In this document: piece by piece, positions 45,225-59,682 of the stretch
How positions within the stretch are numbered: position 1 is the first letter of the stretch
Layout of the letters: the number at the start of each line of letters is the position of its first letter
NCBI RefSeq assembly: GCF_001194135.2
Contig: NC_068986.1
Coordinates: forward strand, 194,542 to 258,541
Direction of reading: 5' to 3'
DNA length: 64,000 nt
Source: Octopus bimaculoides
Lineage: Eukaryota
The notes under the pieces: generated by a model
The model's input: only the letters and a program-made list of their open reading frames with translations
The model's database searches: none
Told to the model about the DNA's origin: nothing
Made by a program: the position numbers and the translations under genes

Positions 45225-45455
45225 TCGTATGAATGTGTATGTATATACATATATATGTGTGTGTGTGTGTGTGTATCTGCCACCACCGTTTGACAGCTGT
45301 TGGTTTATTTATGTCCCTGTAACAGCAATGTCACCGAAAAAATAAGTTCTAGACTAAACGCAAAAAGTGCTGGGCGCAATTCGTTCGACGACTATAATTT
45401 TTCACGGTGATGATCCAGCATGACCCCACTCTAATGACCAAAACAAGTAAAAGGT
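45225..45455 (+). mobile_element. SINE family B: end of head, microsatellite and tail
   Basis: GAAGTCCGTCGTAT..(TG)n..CCACCACCGTTTGACAGC..ATCCAGCATGACC..AAACAAGTAAAAG. Confidence 0.7.
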
Positions 45456-46324
45456 TTATATATATATATATATAANNNNNNNNNNNNNNNNNNNNNNNNN
45501 NNNNNNNNNNNNNNNNNNNNNNNNNNNNNNNNNNNNNNNNNNNNNNNNNNNNNNNNNNNNNNNNNNNNNNNNNNNNNNNNNNNNNNNNNNNNNNNNNNNN
45601 NNNNNNNNNNNNNNNNNNNNNNNNNNNNNATATATATATATATAAATTTCGACGTGCTGTCGGAGTTTCCGTCTAACAAACTCAAGTAGCAAGGTATTGG
45701 TTATCCCGAGGATCTTATAGAAGAGACTGACTTAAAGTGCTGCACCATCAGATCGAACCCAGAACTACGTGCTTGCAAAGAATGCTGCTCAACAATACAA
45801 TCATGACTGTGATTGAATAACACGATCTTATAATTCTTCGCAATACATCTAAACTTTTATACCGTAGTAAGAAGTCCTTAACATATTATATGTAAAACGT
45901 AGAATTCTGGGCTGAAACGAAGCAAATCAATGTAATGGAATTAATCTATAGGCAGCATTCACCTCCTTCCTTCTCCTTTTCCTTTCTGCACGTAGATCTC
46001 AAGTAGCTAATTTCTGAGAGAACGTTGTAAATCTTCGTTCTGATTAATTATCTGTCAGATTTCACATTTAGGTTTCTGAGACAATCAATTACATTAAATT
46101 ATCTAGTTTGATGGTTTGCCTTCCTATGTCCACGCTGGTTAACAACATTTTTAGTTGCTCTGACAGTCCGAACCACAGGCAGTTGAAAGAGTAAATTGAA
46201 CAAAAGGGTAGTTTCATCACCAAGAAAATATCAATTACGCTATTACTAACACAATGTGACTGTCTTTTAAGGAATTTTAAATGCTTTTAAATAAATACAA
46301 TATTTATTAATATCTTATATGTGC

Positions 46325-46640
46325 ATCGCTAGCACGCCGGGGAAAATGTTTAACAACATTACGTCCGTTTTTACATTCTGAGCTGAAATTCCGCGGAGGT
46401 CGACTTTGCCTGTCATCCGTTTCGGGGTTGATAAAATACTTATAGTTGAACTGTGCAATGGAGGTTATCGAGTACGCCCAGCCAACTCCGCCTCACCTCT
46501 AAAATTGTTGGCTTTGTGCCAAAGTTCGAAATCAATAGCCATAAAGACGGAAGGCGGTGACCTGGCAGAATGGTTACCCCCCCCCCCGGCAAAACGCTTA
46601 GCGGCATTTCTTCTGAGCCTGTGCCAAGATTTGTAACCAA
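46325..46640 (+). mobile_element. Two SINE family A fragments
   Basis: GCTAGCACGCCGGGGAAAATG..GGTCGACTTTGCCTGTCATCCG and GAAGGCGGTGACCTGGCAGAATGG. Confidence 0.75.
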
Positions 46641-46651
46641 TATCTAATATA

Positions 46652-47345
<694 letters not shown>

Positions 47346-47409
47346 ATAAAACTTAATGAATATGTAATAGAGCAGGAGATTAGGAAGAATGAAAGGAAAG
47401 ACAAATCCC

Positions 47410-47755
47410 TTGGCTGGCTTTCATTCGGAGTTGAAATCCTGCCGATATCGATTTCTAGTTTCTTTGTTCGGCGTTCGATCAAATAATGGACCAATTAAGT
47501 ACTTGGGGAAGTCGATCTAATTGACTATACCTCCCCGCCCATGTTTGAACTCTTGAGTCGATATTAGAAGTCAATATTCTAAATGTAAAGAAGGCAGTGA
47601 GCTGGCAGAGTGGTCAGCGCACCGGACGAAATGCCGTTCATCTTTTCAGGGTCGATAAAATAAGTACCATTTGATCACTGTGGACGATGTAATCGACTTA
47701 CCTCCACTCCCGGATTAGTTGGCCTTGTGGCAAATTTTGAAACCAATATTTCAAA
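47410..47755 (+). mobile_element. Two tandem SINE family A copies
   Basis: GAAGGCAGTGAGCTGGCAGAG head and GGGTCGATAAAATAAGTACC..ATCGACTTACCTCC..TTGAAACCAATATT tail. Confidence 0.75.
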
Positions 47756-49558
47756 TGCAAACCATCACCATCGAAATTCCCTTCACCATCACATGAATAT
47801 TCGAAACGACTGTATTTGTTTTAGAGTTACCATTCCATTCTAGTGAGAACATCTTTACAGTTTCAGAATGTTTGCCATGAAAAATATTAAAAAAAAAAGG
47901 GTGAACATAATTGATCCACGTTCTTTCTTGTTTTGTTTGATGATTGTTTTAAAGACTTTTTTAATCGTGATGGGGACATTTCTGCAGACAAATTTACTTT
48001 AAACAACTGCATGAAGAGAGAAAAAGGAATTTTGCTGGAATATGTTTTCAAAGTAATAGTTTCGGTGTCTCTTAGTGTGATATTGAATTTTCAATTTAAT
48101 ATCATTCTAAATCGTTTAAAGAACTGCATTGAAATGTTGAAGCCACGTACACTTGAACCTCTTTTTTAAAGCTGCTCTTCAAATATCCTTTCTCTTAGCA
48201 GTGACGTCGATGTCCTCTTCAGTTCACAAGTAGTGTCATATTTTGTGCCCAAAGGCAAACCAATCGCGTAAATATGGACCAAGCGACATGCTTTTCTAAA
48301 AGTTGTAAATTAACACAAAGCTGCTCTTTTTTTTTTAATACGGCCGATATAATGAACAATTGATTGGTTTTGCTTGAGAAATAAATTGAAAATATAATTG
48401 CTTTATTTTTTCATCCTGCTAGATTTTACAGCTTATTTTTTAACGTTTATAAATTGAGAAAGAAATTTCTACCTTTGATTTAAAAATAGTCATTTTTAAT
48501 GACTACATCTCTGATAATACTATCAACAGCAGGTGCCGTTTCAAAGCGATAAGTGTAGAGTTGGTAATCCAGTTTCAATCTCTTGCTAAGCTATAGTTCA
48601 GTTTAGTTATGCCGTTCATACTCTTAAAAGAGTATAGCATTCATACACTCTCATCCCCACTGTTCGACAGAAACACTAATTACATATCAAATCAGTTTTA
48701 AAGATGACATCATAAACTTGCTGCTGCCCAACAATTTCATCAACGTAGCCAATGCTGATAAGAGATTAAGAGAGATGATGAACGAAATACAATGAGTGAG
48801 TATTAGCGTAGACAACAGAGAGACGGTTTAGTTGATTTACAGTATGAAATTCAACAAGCTGCCATGATAGAGGGATCCAAATCTATTTGAGATCGCTTTA
48901 GTTTATCATCCCACGACGGTCTCTCAGAGGAAAATCTGGGGTCCGAGATAACTCGTGTGTCTTTGCTGGTACCAATAAATGTTTAATAGCTTGTAGGATA
49001 TCAACAAGTTTGGTTACTGTGAAGAATAAAACAAACAAACAAAAAAACTACAGTATTTCAGGCGTATACTTTTCGATCGACATACTGGTAAATTAATGTG
49101 CTTTATTTCTCCGTCAAAAGACATCTCTCCAAATGTGAGACTTTTTCTCAAAACAACAAAACTTATTGACAAAATATCTTAAGTTCTATAAAATAAGAAT
49201 TGATAATATAGTAATATATATATACTCAAATGATAATACGGCTCAGTGCTTTAAAAAAATCCCATATTATTTGTTTCTAGCCTAAATTTATCCTTTTCAG
49301 ATAATCACAACAATCGGTAGATTCTTACACCCCACACACGTATATGTATTTTAGTTGTGAGTAGTGCAATATTTAGTTCTTGACACAACTACTCTATAAC
49401 CCAGTTTTGCTATTCATTTATTTATTCATATTTTGAAATATAAAACAAGTAGCATTTGCTTCATGCGAGAAATGCTGAAACTACTTAGGTCTCTTAAGTA
49501 GAAGGCTAGAAAAAGTACGGGAGTCGCTTCTTGAACTCACTCTATTCTAGTCAAATAG

Positions 49559-50596
49559 TAGTAGTGCGTCTCGTGTTTCCGAGCTTGCAATCCAGTTCGT
49601 TTTCCTTGATGTTTGAACCGCAGATGGTTCCAAAACCCAAGAGTTGCATGAAACATACGGGGGGCATTGTGGACAAGGGAGAGAAAGGGCTGGTTTGGGG
49701 AGGAGAAGGCGCTGCTTTCTCTCCCGTCTCTTGAGTTCAGCTCTTGCGACTCGAGCTTTCTCGAAGTCAGCAGAACCCGTTTTGATGGCGTGTCTCCAGA
49801 GGGATCTGTTTGCCGAGATATCTTCCCAGTGTGCGGGGTCGATGTTGGTGCTTTTCAGGGTTGATGAGTTGGTCCTTGTACCGCCTCAAGGGGGCTCCAC
49901 GAGGACGTTTTCCTTCAGACAGTTCACCGTAGAGACAGATTTTGGGAAGGCGATGTTCATTCATTCGACGGCCGTGACCTGATCATCGGAGACAATGTTC
50001 AATGATCAAGGCTTCGATGCACAAAAGATCTGATCTTTCAAGCACAGAATTGTTGGTGATGCGATCTTCCCAGTTGATGTTCAGGATAGAGCGAAGTTTG
50101 GATTGACGGAAGCGCTCTAGTTTCTTCATGTCCTCACGGTAAACAGTCCAGGTTTCACACCCGTATAGCAGAGTTGATACGACAACAACCCGATAGACCA
50201 TGAGCTTCGTTTTGAATGTCAGATTCTTGTTGAAAAAGACCCTGGTTTTGAGACGACCAAAAGATGCATGACCTGATTGGATGCGCTGTTCGATATCCTT
50301 ACTAGATCCTGCAGTGGGTGACAGAAAACTTCCAAGATAGCAGAAATCCTCGACAACCTCGATTGGTTGTTGATGGTGATGTTTTCAACATCTCACGTTT
50401 CCGATCAAGACGTTACCGTCGGGAGAACAAGACCACTGAGCTTCAATACGCTGATAACACAGCCCCAGCATCAACTGCAGAAGACCTTCAAACCTCAACA
50501 AACAACTTCAGCAGAGCTTATCAAACTTTCAGCCTGAAAGTGAACATCGGCAAAACCAAAATGCTCGCTCAACCAGCTCCTCGTACCAACCTTGAC
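49559..50596 (-). mobile_element. 5'-truncated, 5'-inverted RTE (BovB-like) LINE insertion with 10-bp TSD
   Basis: Minus strand 50381-49559: EVVEDFCYLGSF..TLLYGCETWT..LPKICLYGELSEGKRPRG, (CTA)n tail. Plus strand 50372-50596: DGDVFNISRFRSR..LQYADN..LKVNIGKTKML. AGTCAAATAG at 49549-49558 and 50597-50606. Confidence 0.92.
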
Positions 50597-50947
50597 AGTC
50601 AAATAGAAACAACACGTAAAGATTCTGGAAATACCAATTCAGCAGCCATCTTTTCTAAATAGTTATAGAGAGAAATATTTGTATTGTTGCTATTATGTTA
50701 AACTGTTGTTCGTCCAAATTTAGCCAAATGTGTTTTTTTCAATATTTATTATTGCTTGTAATAGCCGGTTCTTTCGGTAAAACTATCGTATCTCCAGCAG
50801 TTTCAGATACCAAGATATCAGAAATTGTCAGAGTGTAGTACAACGATTTTGTTATGGAATGGTGAAACTATGTTTTCGTTTTCTGAAAAAGCAACGTTCT
50901 GGACTTACGACACTTTGCATAATACATGATATATATTTAGTCTAGCT

Positions 50948-51021
50948 GTGAAAATGGTTCCACGAGGGCCTTTTTCATAGTTTGGCGAAAATGGTCCCAC
51001 GAGGGTCTTTTTCATAGTTTG
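50948..51021. repeat. 37-bp direct repeat x2
   Basis: G(T/C)GAAAATGGT(T/C)CCACGAGGG(C/T)CTTTTTCATAGTTTG. Confidence 0.9.
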
Positions 51022-51174
51022 ATAGAGGATTGACGAGAGTGGTTGCGTTATTTCGTAACATATCAACATTTGCTCACCTCAACCCAATCTATCGAAAATA
51101 CCGTCGTGGAGTCGCCTAATTCCAGAGCAAAATTGAATATGAGTACACAAACACACACACACCCATATTTTTTT

Positions 51175-51415
51175 AGTTGTTTCAGATATTTGACTGCGGC
51201 CTTGCTGGAGCACTGCCTTTAGTCGAACAAATCGACCCCAGGACGCCGGGCAAAATGCTAAGCAGCATTTCGTCCGTCTTTATGTTCTGAGTTCAAATTC
51301 CACCGAGATCGACTTTGCCTTTCATCCTTGGGGCTCGATAAAATAAATAGCAGTTGAACACTGGGGTCCCTCTCTCAAAATTACTGGCCTTGTGTCCAAA
51401 CTTGAAAGCAATATA
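51175..51415. mobile_element. Back-to-back SINE B tail (minus) and SINE A (plus)
   Basis: TGACTGCGGCCTTGCTGGAGCACTGCC..AATCGACCCCAGGAC is immediately followed by GCCGGGCAAAATGCTAAGC..GAGTTCAAATTC..GCCTTTCATCC. Confidence 0.75.
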
Positions 51416-52544
51416 TCTGAACTAAAATTACATCCTACTTAGAAGGTTTATTTGGAATTCACTTAAATCATCGACAACTTTTTAGTGCATCTATAGGATT
51501 TTATTTATTTCAAGGAAGAGAAACTGCATTACATCATTGAAACAGTCACCTCATTGGATACTTCAGGCGGAAAATCTTTCCCAATGAGTTCACCTTGAAT
51601 CCCCTTATTCTTAAAATTACGAATTCGATGTATGTCATTAAAGTGATATCTGCTCAAATAAACCATCAGAACAAGAAAGTTTATAGAAGTAGTTTCACAT
51701 TTTGCTCCCTTTTTGTTTACCGAAATGATTTTAGCTTAAGCAAATGAAAAGGGTTTTAACCATTGTACTCTCGTGGGGGTTAATAACAACTCTCCATCCT
51801 GTTACAAGACCCATGTCTAATTATACACTCTATTGAAACTAATTAATCACGAAGTGGGTAACTACTGGAAATTTAATAGAGGAATTTGTATGGAATAACA
51901 TTACATTAAGGAGTGGAACTGAAGATTTTTGTAAATGAATTTTGTATAAACTTATTTAGGCTGTTGCAGGACTTTTTGAGTCAGTTCAAATAATAAACTT
52001 ACGTTTCAACCAAAGCAATTGGAAGAAAATGAAACACACAGACACCTCATCGACGACCACATTAGTAGACAAAACAGGGGATCCTTGTAAGAAAGAGCTT
52101 TTTGTTTAATTATTTTCTTCTCGTATTCACTAAAAATTCAGTTTTTTCAAAATCAAACAAACAGAGTATCTTAGAACAGAAAATAATTAGTATTGATCAA
52201 ATATAGTTTGAGAATTATAGGTTTTAAAATTTTGCTCGCCAACAAATGTTATGAAGATCTGTTCTATGTTTGAAAACCCAATCTCTAATTTCACCGATAT
52301 AATCCCAGACCTGTTATACTTCTGAAAAGGATAAGAGACGTCTAAGTCATTCACGTGCAACTTAGTTTTTTAGTTTGCTTTAGCAATCACGGCTAAGGCC
52401 ATGATGGAGCATCGCCCTAAGGCAACATTATTTTCAAAGTATATAAAGTAAGGGGCTAGAACTGGAATTAATATCTTCGAAAACTACTAAAAATCAAAAA
52501 CTCTTTCGTAAATTGACATTTAGTTTTACTTGGTTTAAAAGTGG

Positions 52545-52858
52545 CACTCTATCGGTTACAATGACGAGTGTTCCAGTTGATCAGCTCAACGGAACAGCCT
52601 GCTCGTGAGATTAACGTGCAAGAGCATTAAGCACTCCACAAACAGGCGTACCTTCTCATAGTTCTCAGTGAGTTTCAGCGAAACAAAATTTGACCAGGCT
52701 GACGCTTTAAAATACAGGTACAGCTCATTTTTGCCAGCTGAGTGACCAGGAGAAACTTAAAATAAGCACCTTGCTCAAGGACACAACACGCCGCCGAGTA
52801 TCGAACTCAAAACCTTACTATTGTGAACCGAATGCCTTAACGACTAAGCCACGCGCCT
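52545..52858 (-). mobile_element. tRNA-derived SINE family C, near full length
   Basis: Antisense GGCGCGTGGCTTAGTCGTT (A box), GAGTTCGATAC (B box), GTGTCCTTGAGCAAGG..CACTCAGCTGGCAAAAATGAG. Confidence 0.8.
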
Positions 52859-55800
52859 TCACTTTACTTAGTTTACTACGTTAGGAAATCAATACAATAA
52901 TGTATTTCTTACTTTAATCCTTGATAATGCGTCCTGATTAACCCCATGATAAAATCGCCATCCTTACGCAAATCAATCGCATTCATCCACATGACACTTG
53001 CTGTTACAAAAGCAACTACAATACGATATAAATATTTTTGTTAACAATTACACTAGTTTTTTTTCATTCAATTGTTTTTTCCGCCTGTATAAATATCTCT
53101 CAGTATTATACAAACAGTTGGCATACTATGAAAAACTCGTGACGGTGCGCTGTTGTTTTGACAATTGTAAAGTACACGGAGAAATGATCACAACACTACT
53201 AGCTTATCAGTAAAGTAAAATGCTAGTACTACAGTTAAATAATTGACTATAAAATCCCTACCGAAAAGAAATTGAGGACTTGTGTCTATGTGGAAATTAA
53301 TATCACTATCATTTCAGAAAGTGGTTGATGAACAAAATGCCTTATTGTATTTAGCTGGGTGAACTTTAGGTTCTATGTTCAAATCACCCCAAGGTATTCT
53401 TTTTTTTTTTTGCATGTCAACATTCTGGGGTCAACAAAAATAAAGTATTCATCAAGTATTAGCGTTTTGTTCTACTGTTATAAATCGTTGCCACCACTAT
53501 AATCCCTCCCACCCCACTTCCTGAACACCACCAAAAGCATCTTTTAAGCACTTGGTAAGGTTTTCATACACACCTAGAAACAAATGTACTTTAGACAGAA
53601 AGTAAAATTAATCATTATTTTTTGTTCAGACTTTAGTTTATAGAGGAAGCTAAATTATACCTTTAAAGTAAATTTCGGTATATTTAAGCGTTCCCACTGA
53701 AACAGGAGACGCATGTTCAATTCACTGTACAGTTATTCTTGTTGATATGGATTAAAGAGCTTCAGCATTGATAATATAAACGAAATACATTTTTCTTTTC
53801 AATATTTCAGATCTTTGCAGCTTCTCAGAAATCAACATTATGGTATCAAGGTAACGCAAAAGCTCAAACTATCACACGGTGATTACTATTTTCTTTAAGT
53901 TGGTGCGATACTTTTATAGCAGCTGAATGAGTTTCTCTGAAGGGGAATTAGTATCAAGGAAGGAAAACGATCGATCGGTTGAAAACCCTGATCAGTCCAT
54001 CCTGAACAGGATTTTTTTTTCTTTTAATGGGGGTGGGGTGATCTGGAAGAAGAGACTCTGCCAAGGCTTCCTCAGACCTTCGAAATCAACAGTTCCATTC
54101 TTGTACCACACTGTTTAATGAATTTAGAAATAGGAAGAAATTTCCGTGTTCACGTATTATTTAAAGATGTAGAAAGAAATTATCATAGCAAAATAATAAA
54201 AGAATTTTTTTCATATTACTGTTAACCGACTCGCACACATTTACCCAAGGGAAAAATCAGCTGTTGTATATCGAATGGATCAAGTAAAGAACTTACCTTG
54301 AATTTATGCTATTTTCTTAAAATCGGAGCTTGTAACCTGTCAGTCACGTTAGGCCTTAGAAGGAAGTAGAGACATGGACCAAAATAGTATTCCTCCATGG
54401 CTGTTTGATGGCAATAATACTGCATTTGTGATTTTCCATCAAACAAACTATAAAGTTACAAACTGTAAAGTAAAAATAAAAACCGAAAAAAAATCCTGGC
54501 TGTTGACGCGTATTAGTGTTGTATTTTTATCTCCGTCTGTGAAACAATCACCCATAAAAATATTGATAAGCGAGGCTAATGACAAAGTATATATTTTTCA
54601 CTCTCTCTTACTATGTCTTCCTCATCCGGCCGAGAGAAAGAGAGAGTGAACGAGATAGAAACTGTTTGTTATGTCCTGCACTTAGCACGTCCTAATTTCA
54701 GTGCTTGTCGCTAGCTGGTTGTGTTCGCAATAGGATAGAATGACATGTATTATATTACTGATTTCTCACTCTCATTCACTCCTCATTTTGTATACAAGGC
54801 GACTAATTTAACAATTCAACTCTGTGAGAAATGAACTCTGTCTCTCAGAACAATAAATATGTCTATATGATCAAAATACAGTTTATACTAATTTCAATTT
54901 CATTATTATACGTTTTTGTTTGTGTTAAATAATAATAATAATAAAGTACTTCAAAATGTGACCTTCAAAACTATGAATAGGAATCGTAACAAATCTATTT
55001 CTCTAATTGTTTTCTTTTAAAGAGATTTTAGTATCCTGGTTAAGGGGCGTTGTGTCACATACCGATATAAACATAGAACTCAGTTTTGTCAAATCTATTT
55101 CTATTGGTCAGGAAATAGTTTTTGTTTGTTGTTTCTATTCCTCTTTTATCTTGTCTGTCTTCCTTGTTAAAGTATCTATACTATAAAAAGTAAACAGATC
55201 TGAATATTTCAAGTAGAGGAACACACAAAAAGTAGGCGATAAAAAATAGGAGGAGGAAGGGGAATCGTTTAGTTAAATGCATGGGAGAGATTGTAGAAAA
55301 AAAATAATTATGTAATTAACTTTTGAAACTTGTATTGTTAGTATTATCATAATAATTGATAAGGCAAAGTGACGAAGAGCAACACGTCTATGTATGGGGG
55401 GGGTATCAGACAAGGCGCTAATATTTAAATATCGGACGGTGAAGGAGATATGTTTATTATTAACTTGTTGAAGGGCTGTGAATGAAAGAACCAGTAGGGG
55501 AACAAGAAAAATGCTGTGTGGGGTATATTTATGTAACTTACATTAAGAGTTCAATTCCTGCGAAGCTAAAGATTGTGTTTCACTCTTCCGGAATCAATAA
55601 AATTATTTCTAATCATGTACTAGGGTGGATTTAGTCAAGCATAGCGGCTCAACTGCCATCAAGTCTGTATATTTGTGCCTAAGTTACACCCACACATTAA
55701 TTTGATCGACAAGATCTCACCACGACAAGCACCAGCACCAGCACCAAAATAGAACCCACTCAGTATGTTATCGTCACGCACTCAGGCGGATTTAATTTTC

Positions 55801-56857
55801 AATAACTCCGCTCCATAATCTGCAGTAGCACAGCTAGGGGGGGAGGTCCGCCCAGGTGGCGCTTTTGTAGGGGCAGCGCTTTTTTTTTCCTCCCGCGATC
55901 CCTTTCTGCGATTCCTTTTGATCGACCCCCCCCCCCTTTTTTCCGCGATCCCTTTTGATCGAAATTATGCCCCCTTCCCCCCCAAAGAAAAGCTCTACAT
56001 TGTAATTTGTCCATTTTGTGTATTTAGCCCTGTGTGGCTATAATAAAAAGATATCTATCTATCTATCTATTTGTCAGTCTGTCTGCCTATCATGTTAATA
56101 CATAACTAGCATCAAAAGATACCCAATAAGCAGGAACCAGTCATTTGGGTACATGTATAAATCCGAAAAAATGTAAACCACTTCCAATTTCTTGGTAGTC
56201 ACCAAACACAAAAAAAAACAGCTATTGATGAGCAGATGAAACGCTGATGATAATACAAAAAATATTGTTAAAGATAAGTAAGAAAAATACATTGGAGCTG
56301 ATGGATGATTGTAAAGCAAAGGCGTGTTGACTGCTGGAGTGCTCGTATGAAAATGGACATAATAAAGACAAGCTAATTGTATAGAAGAGATGAGAAATAT
56401 GCATAAGGAAAAAAAAACGAAGAATAATTGATAAGAAACGAAATATGCACGGTTGTAAATTCATACTTGTAAAAGCAAAAACGTGCATACATCAAGAAAA
56501 GGTTCATTTAAGTGCAAGTGTATTTAGATAAAACAATATGCATCGCTATGAAGAAAAATGATTAAAACTGCGAAACAAATAATGATTAGGAATCCTTACG
56601 AATGCACCACTGCAACATTTCTAAAGAAGCATAAATGAAGACGAGAGGGATTTGTTTGAATATCACATAAAAGACAGAGAAATGTAAAGATGTAAAAGAC
56701 GTCAACGCGCGTAGCAACTCACATAACAGCCATGTACACACAGACGCGCGCGCATACACGTGCATACATATGCATGTATGCATATATATATACACAGGGC
56801 ACACACTCTCTCACACACACAAATACATATATGTGTATCTATGTTTGTATGTATGTG

Positions 56858-56922
<65 letters not shown>

Positions 56923-57389
56923 TATGTATATATATGTGTATGTGTTTATATGTACATATATATGTGTGTGTGTATGTATGCATGTGTGTGTAATATGTAG
57001 ATCATACATACAAAAAGAGCACTCATACATTTATGTAGATGATTAAATTCCTTTTTACAAAACGTTGATTGTAACTTCGAAGTTTCCCTGACGACTGGTT
57101 CAGTTTACAGCCAAAAGAAGCCAATCACAAGCAAAACGTCGAATCCATTTTAGCCTTTGCTGAGAAAAAAAATGACATGCATATCTATAATGCACATATA
57201 TTACACGCATGCGTGCAAGCTGTCGAGCACATTCTTACAAAGCCGTCGGGTTGGAGCGACGCGTAATGTCATTGAGCACAGCACTTCATTGTGCGTCGCT
57301 TTAGTTCACTCTGTTAAAAGAAATAATAGTCGAGTGCTTGTAGTTTTGAAGCCTTCTCTCCCTCTACCCTTCAACAATAGCAATGCAAT

Positions 57390-57600
57390 ATTATTTCAAA
57401 GTTTGACACAAGGCCAGCAATTTTATGAGATATAGTTAGTCGATGACATTGATCCCTTATGCTACATTGGTAAACTATATTGTCGATCCCGAAAGTTGAG
57501 AGGCAAAGTTGTCCTGGGAGGGATTTTGCACCCAAAACACGAATAGCCGCTGCTAAGCCTTTTGTCCGACGCGCTAATGATGCTGCTAGCAGAGGCCGGC
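57390..57600 (-). mobile_element. SINE family A, diverged
   Basis: TTTCAAAGTTTGACACAAGGCCAGCAATTTT..GATCCCGAAAGTTGAGAGGCAAAG..CTAAGCCTTTTGTCCGACGCGCTAATGA on the + strand. Confidence 0.7.
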
Positions 57601-58578
57601 AATTCCGAGTGAGAGAGTAAGTCAATTATCAGGTCATTCCATAAGTTCTGTCCGATTTTACCTTTTTCAAAATTGAAAGAAATTTAATAGTATTTTAGAA
57701 TGTCTAATGGAATTAAAAATTATTTTTATGCATTTGTGTACATTTAAACTAATTGAATATTATTTTACAGTATAATAGAATTAAAATTTCTTTGATTAAA
57801 ACCCTTTTTAACATGTAAGTATCCAAAGAGCATTTTTACTGCTGAACTTGTTTCCGATAATCAAATATCAATATATATTAGGGTACCTTAAGTTCCGCAG
57901 CTCTACTTGAAGGGAAAAGAAAACCCTCTTCTACACGAGAAGCCTAATATATCACTTGGTTTATTTGATATTGTATGCGAGCCTTCTTGAAAATTACTTC
58001 GACAATAGAAATGATTTTATCAGTCATTTTGATCATGTTCTGTTACAAGGTAACCATTTTTCAATTCTACCAGTTGTCTCTTTTGTATTTAAAAGGCATG
58101 AATTATAAAAGCCGTGGATTCATATCCGGCACACGAGCTTATTTGTCTCTTAAAGAAAGGGCATTTCATCCTTAGTGCTATTGAAATTGGATCAGCTGGG
58201 AACGGTCTACGATAGCTGACAATACTTTTCACTTTTAAATTATTTCATCCCTTCAGAATGTAGAGATAAACACCGGATGAGGATAACAATTATTACCTTG
58301 GAGACATGTTTAATATATCTGCATTCATTCATAAGATGACTGTAACTAAAGGTAGAGGAAATCGTACAGGAATCATTTGCTATCATCTTGACAAGCAAGT
58401 TTGAAAATGAGTCGATTACCATACATACACACAATGCATACATAGATATATTCATTCATTTATACATACATGCAAACATACATTACACACAAACATATTC
58501 ATACACATACATACGTAAGTATGTATATACATATACACACATACATATATATGTATATGTATGTATATATATGCTTGA

Positions 58579-58647
<69 letters not shown>

Positions 58648-58965
58648 NNNNNNNNNNNNNNNNNNNNNNNNNNNNNNNNNNNNNNNNNNNNNNNNNNNNN
58701 NNNNNNNNNNNNNNNNNNNNNNNNNNNNNNNNNNNNNNNNNNNNNNNNNNNNNNNNNNNNNNNNNNNNNNNNNNNNNNNNNNNNNNNNNNNNNNNNNNNN
58801 NNNNNNNNNNNNNNNNNNNNNNNNNNNNNNNNNNNNNNNNNNNNNNNNNNNNNNNNNNNNNNNNNNNNNNNNNNNNNNNNNNNNNNNNNNNNNNNNNNNN
58901 NNNNNNNNNNNNNNNNNNNNNNNNNNNNNNNNNNNNNNNNNNNNNNNNNNNNNNNNNNNNNNTAT

Positions 58966-59008
<43 letters not shown>

Positions 59009-59619
59009 ATCCATAAATATATATATATATATATAATATGTTATATATATATTATATATATATATGGGTGTGTTTACGCATGCGCGTGCACTCACAGCAT
59101 TCACGCATGTGTTTTTTGTGTGCATGTTTTACACTCCATGTGTACGAAACTGTTAAAAGTATAAGAACACATGTAAAACATTGAATTAACTTTTCCCCTT
59201 AGGCAGAAGACATTTCTATACGGAAAGAGGAAATAGGCGAATCTCTTGAATGGCTGAATGTTATACTGTCATTTATGTTATCAACTCGAGATTTAAACGC
59301 AAGTGACTAAACAAAATATTGTTAATCAACTGGCTTGTCTCCCAGTTATATGCAGCAGACCGACCATCCTTCAATCTGTAAGCACTACTTATGCATGCAT
59401 TGTGCGTACGTACAGGAATATAAAGTATAAACATGCAATTACAAATCAAAACCAGATTAATAAAACACTTCTGCAGAACAGAAGAATAACATATTTATCC
59501 TCTTTGCCAATGATTAGTCACTCCCAAGGCTTGTTAATCAAAAGCACCCTCCTGTCTCGTAACCTACCTTCGGCATTATGTTTAATGGTGTCAGCTATAA
59601 TTGCTAGAAAGGAAAGAAA

Positions 59620-59682
59620 GAAAGAAGGAAAGAAAAGAAAGAAAGAACGAAAGACAGGAAGAAAGGAAGAAAGAAAAGAAGA
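59620..59682. repeat. Imperfect (GAAA)n purine tract
   Basis: Direct reading. Confidence 0.9.
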
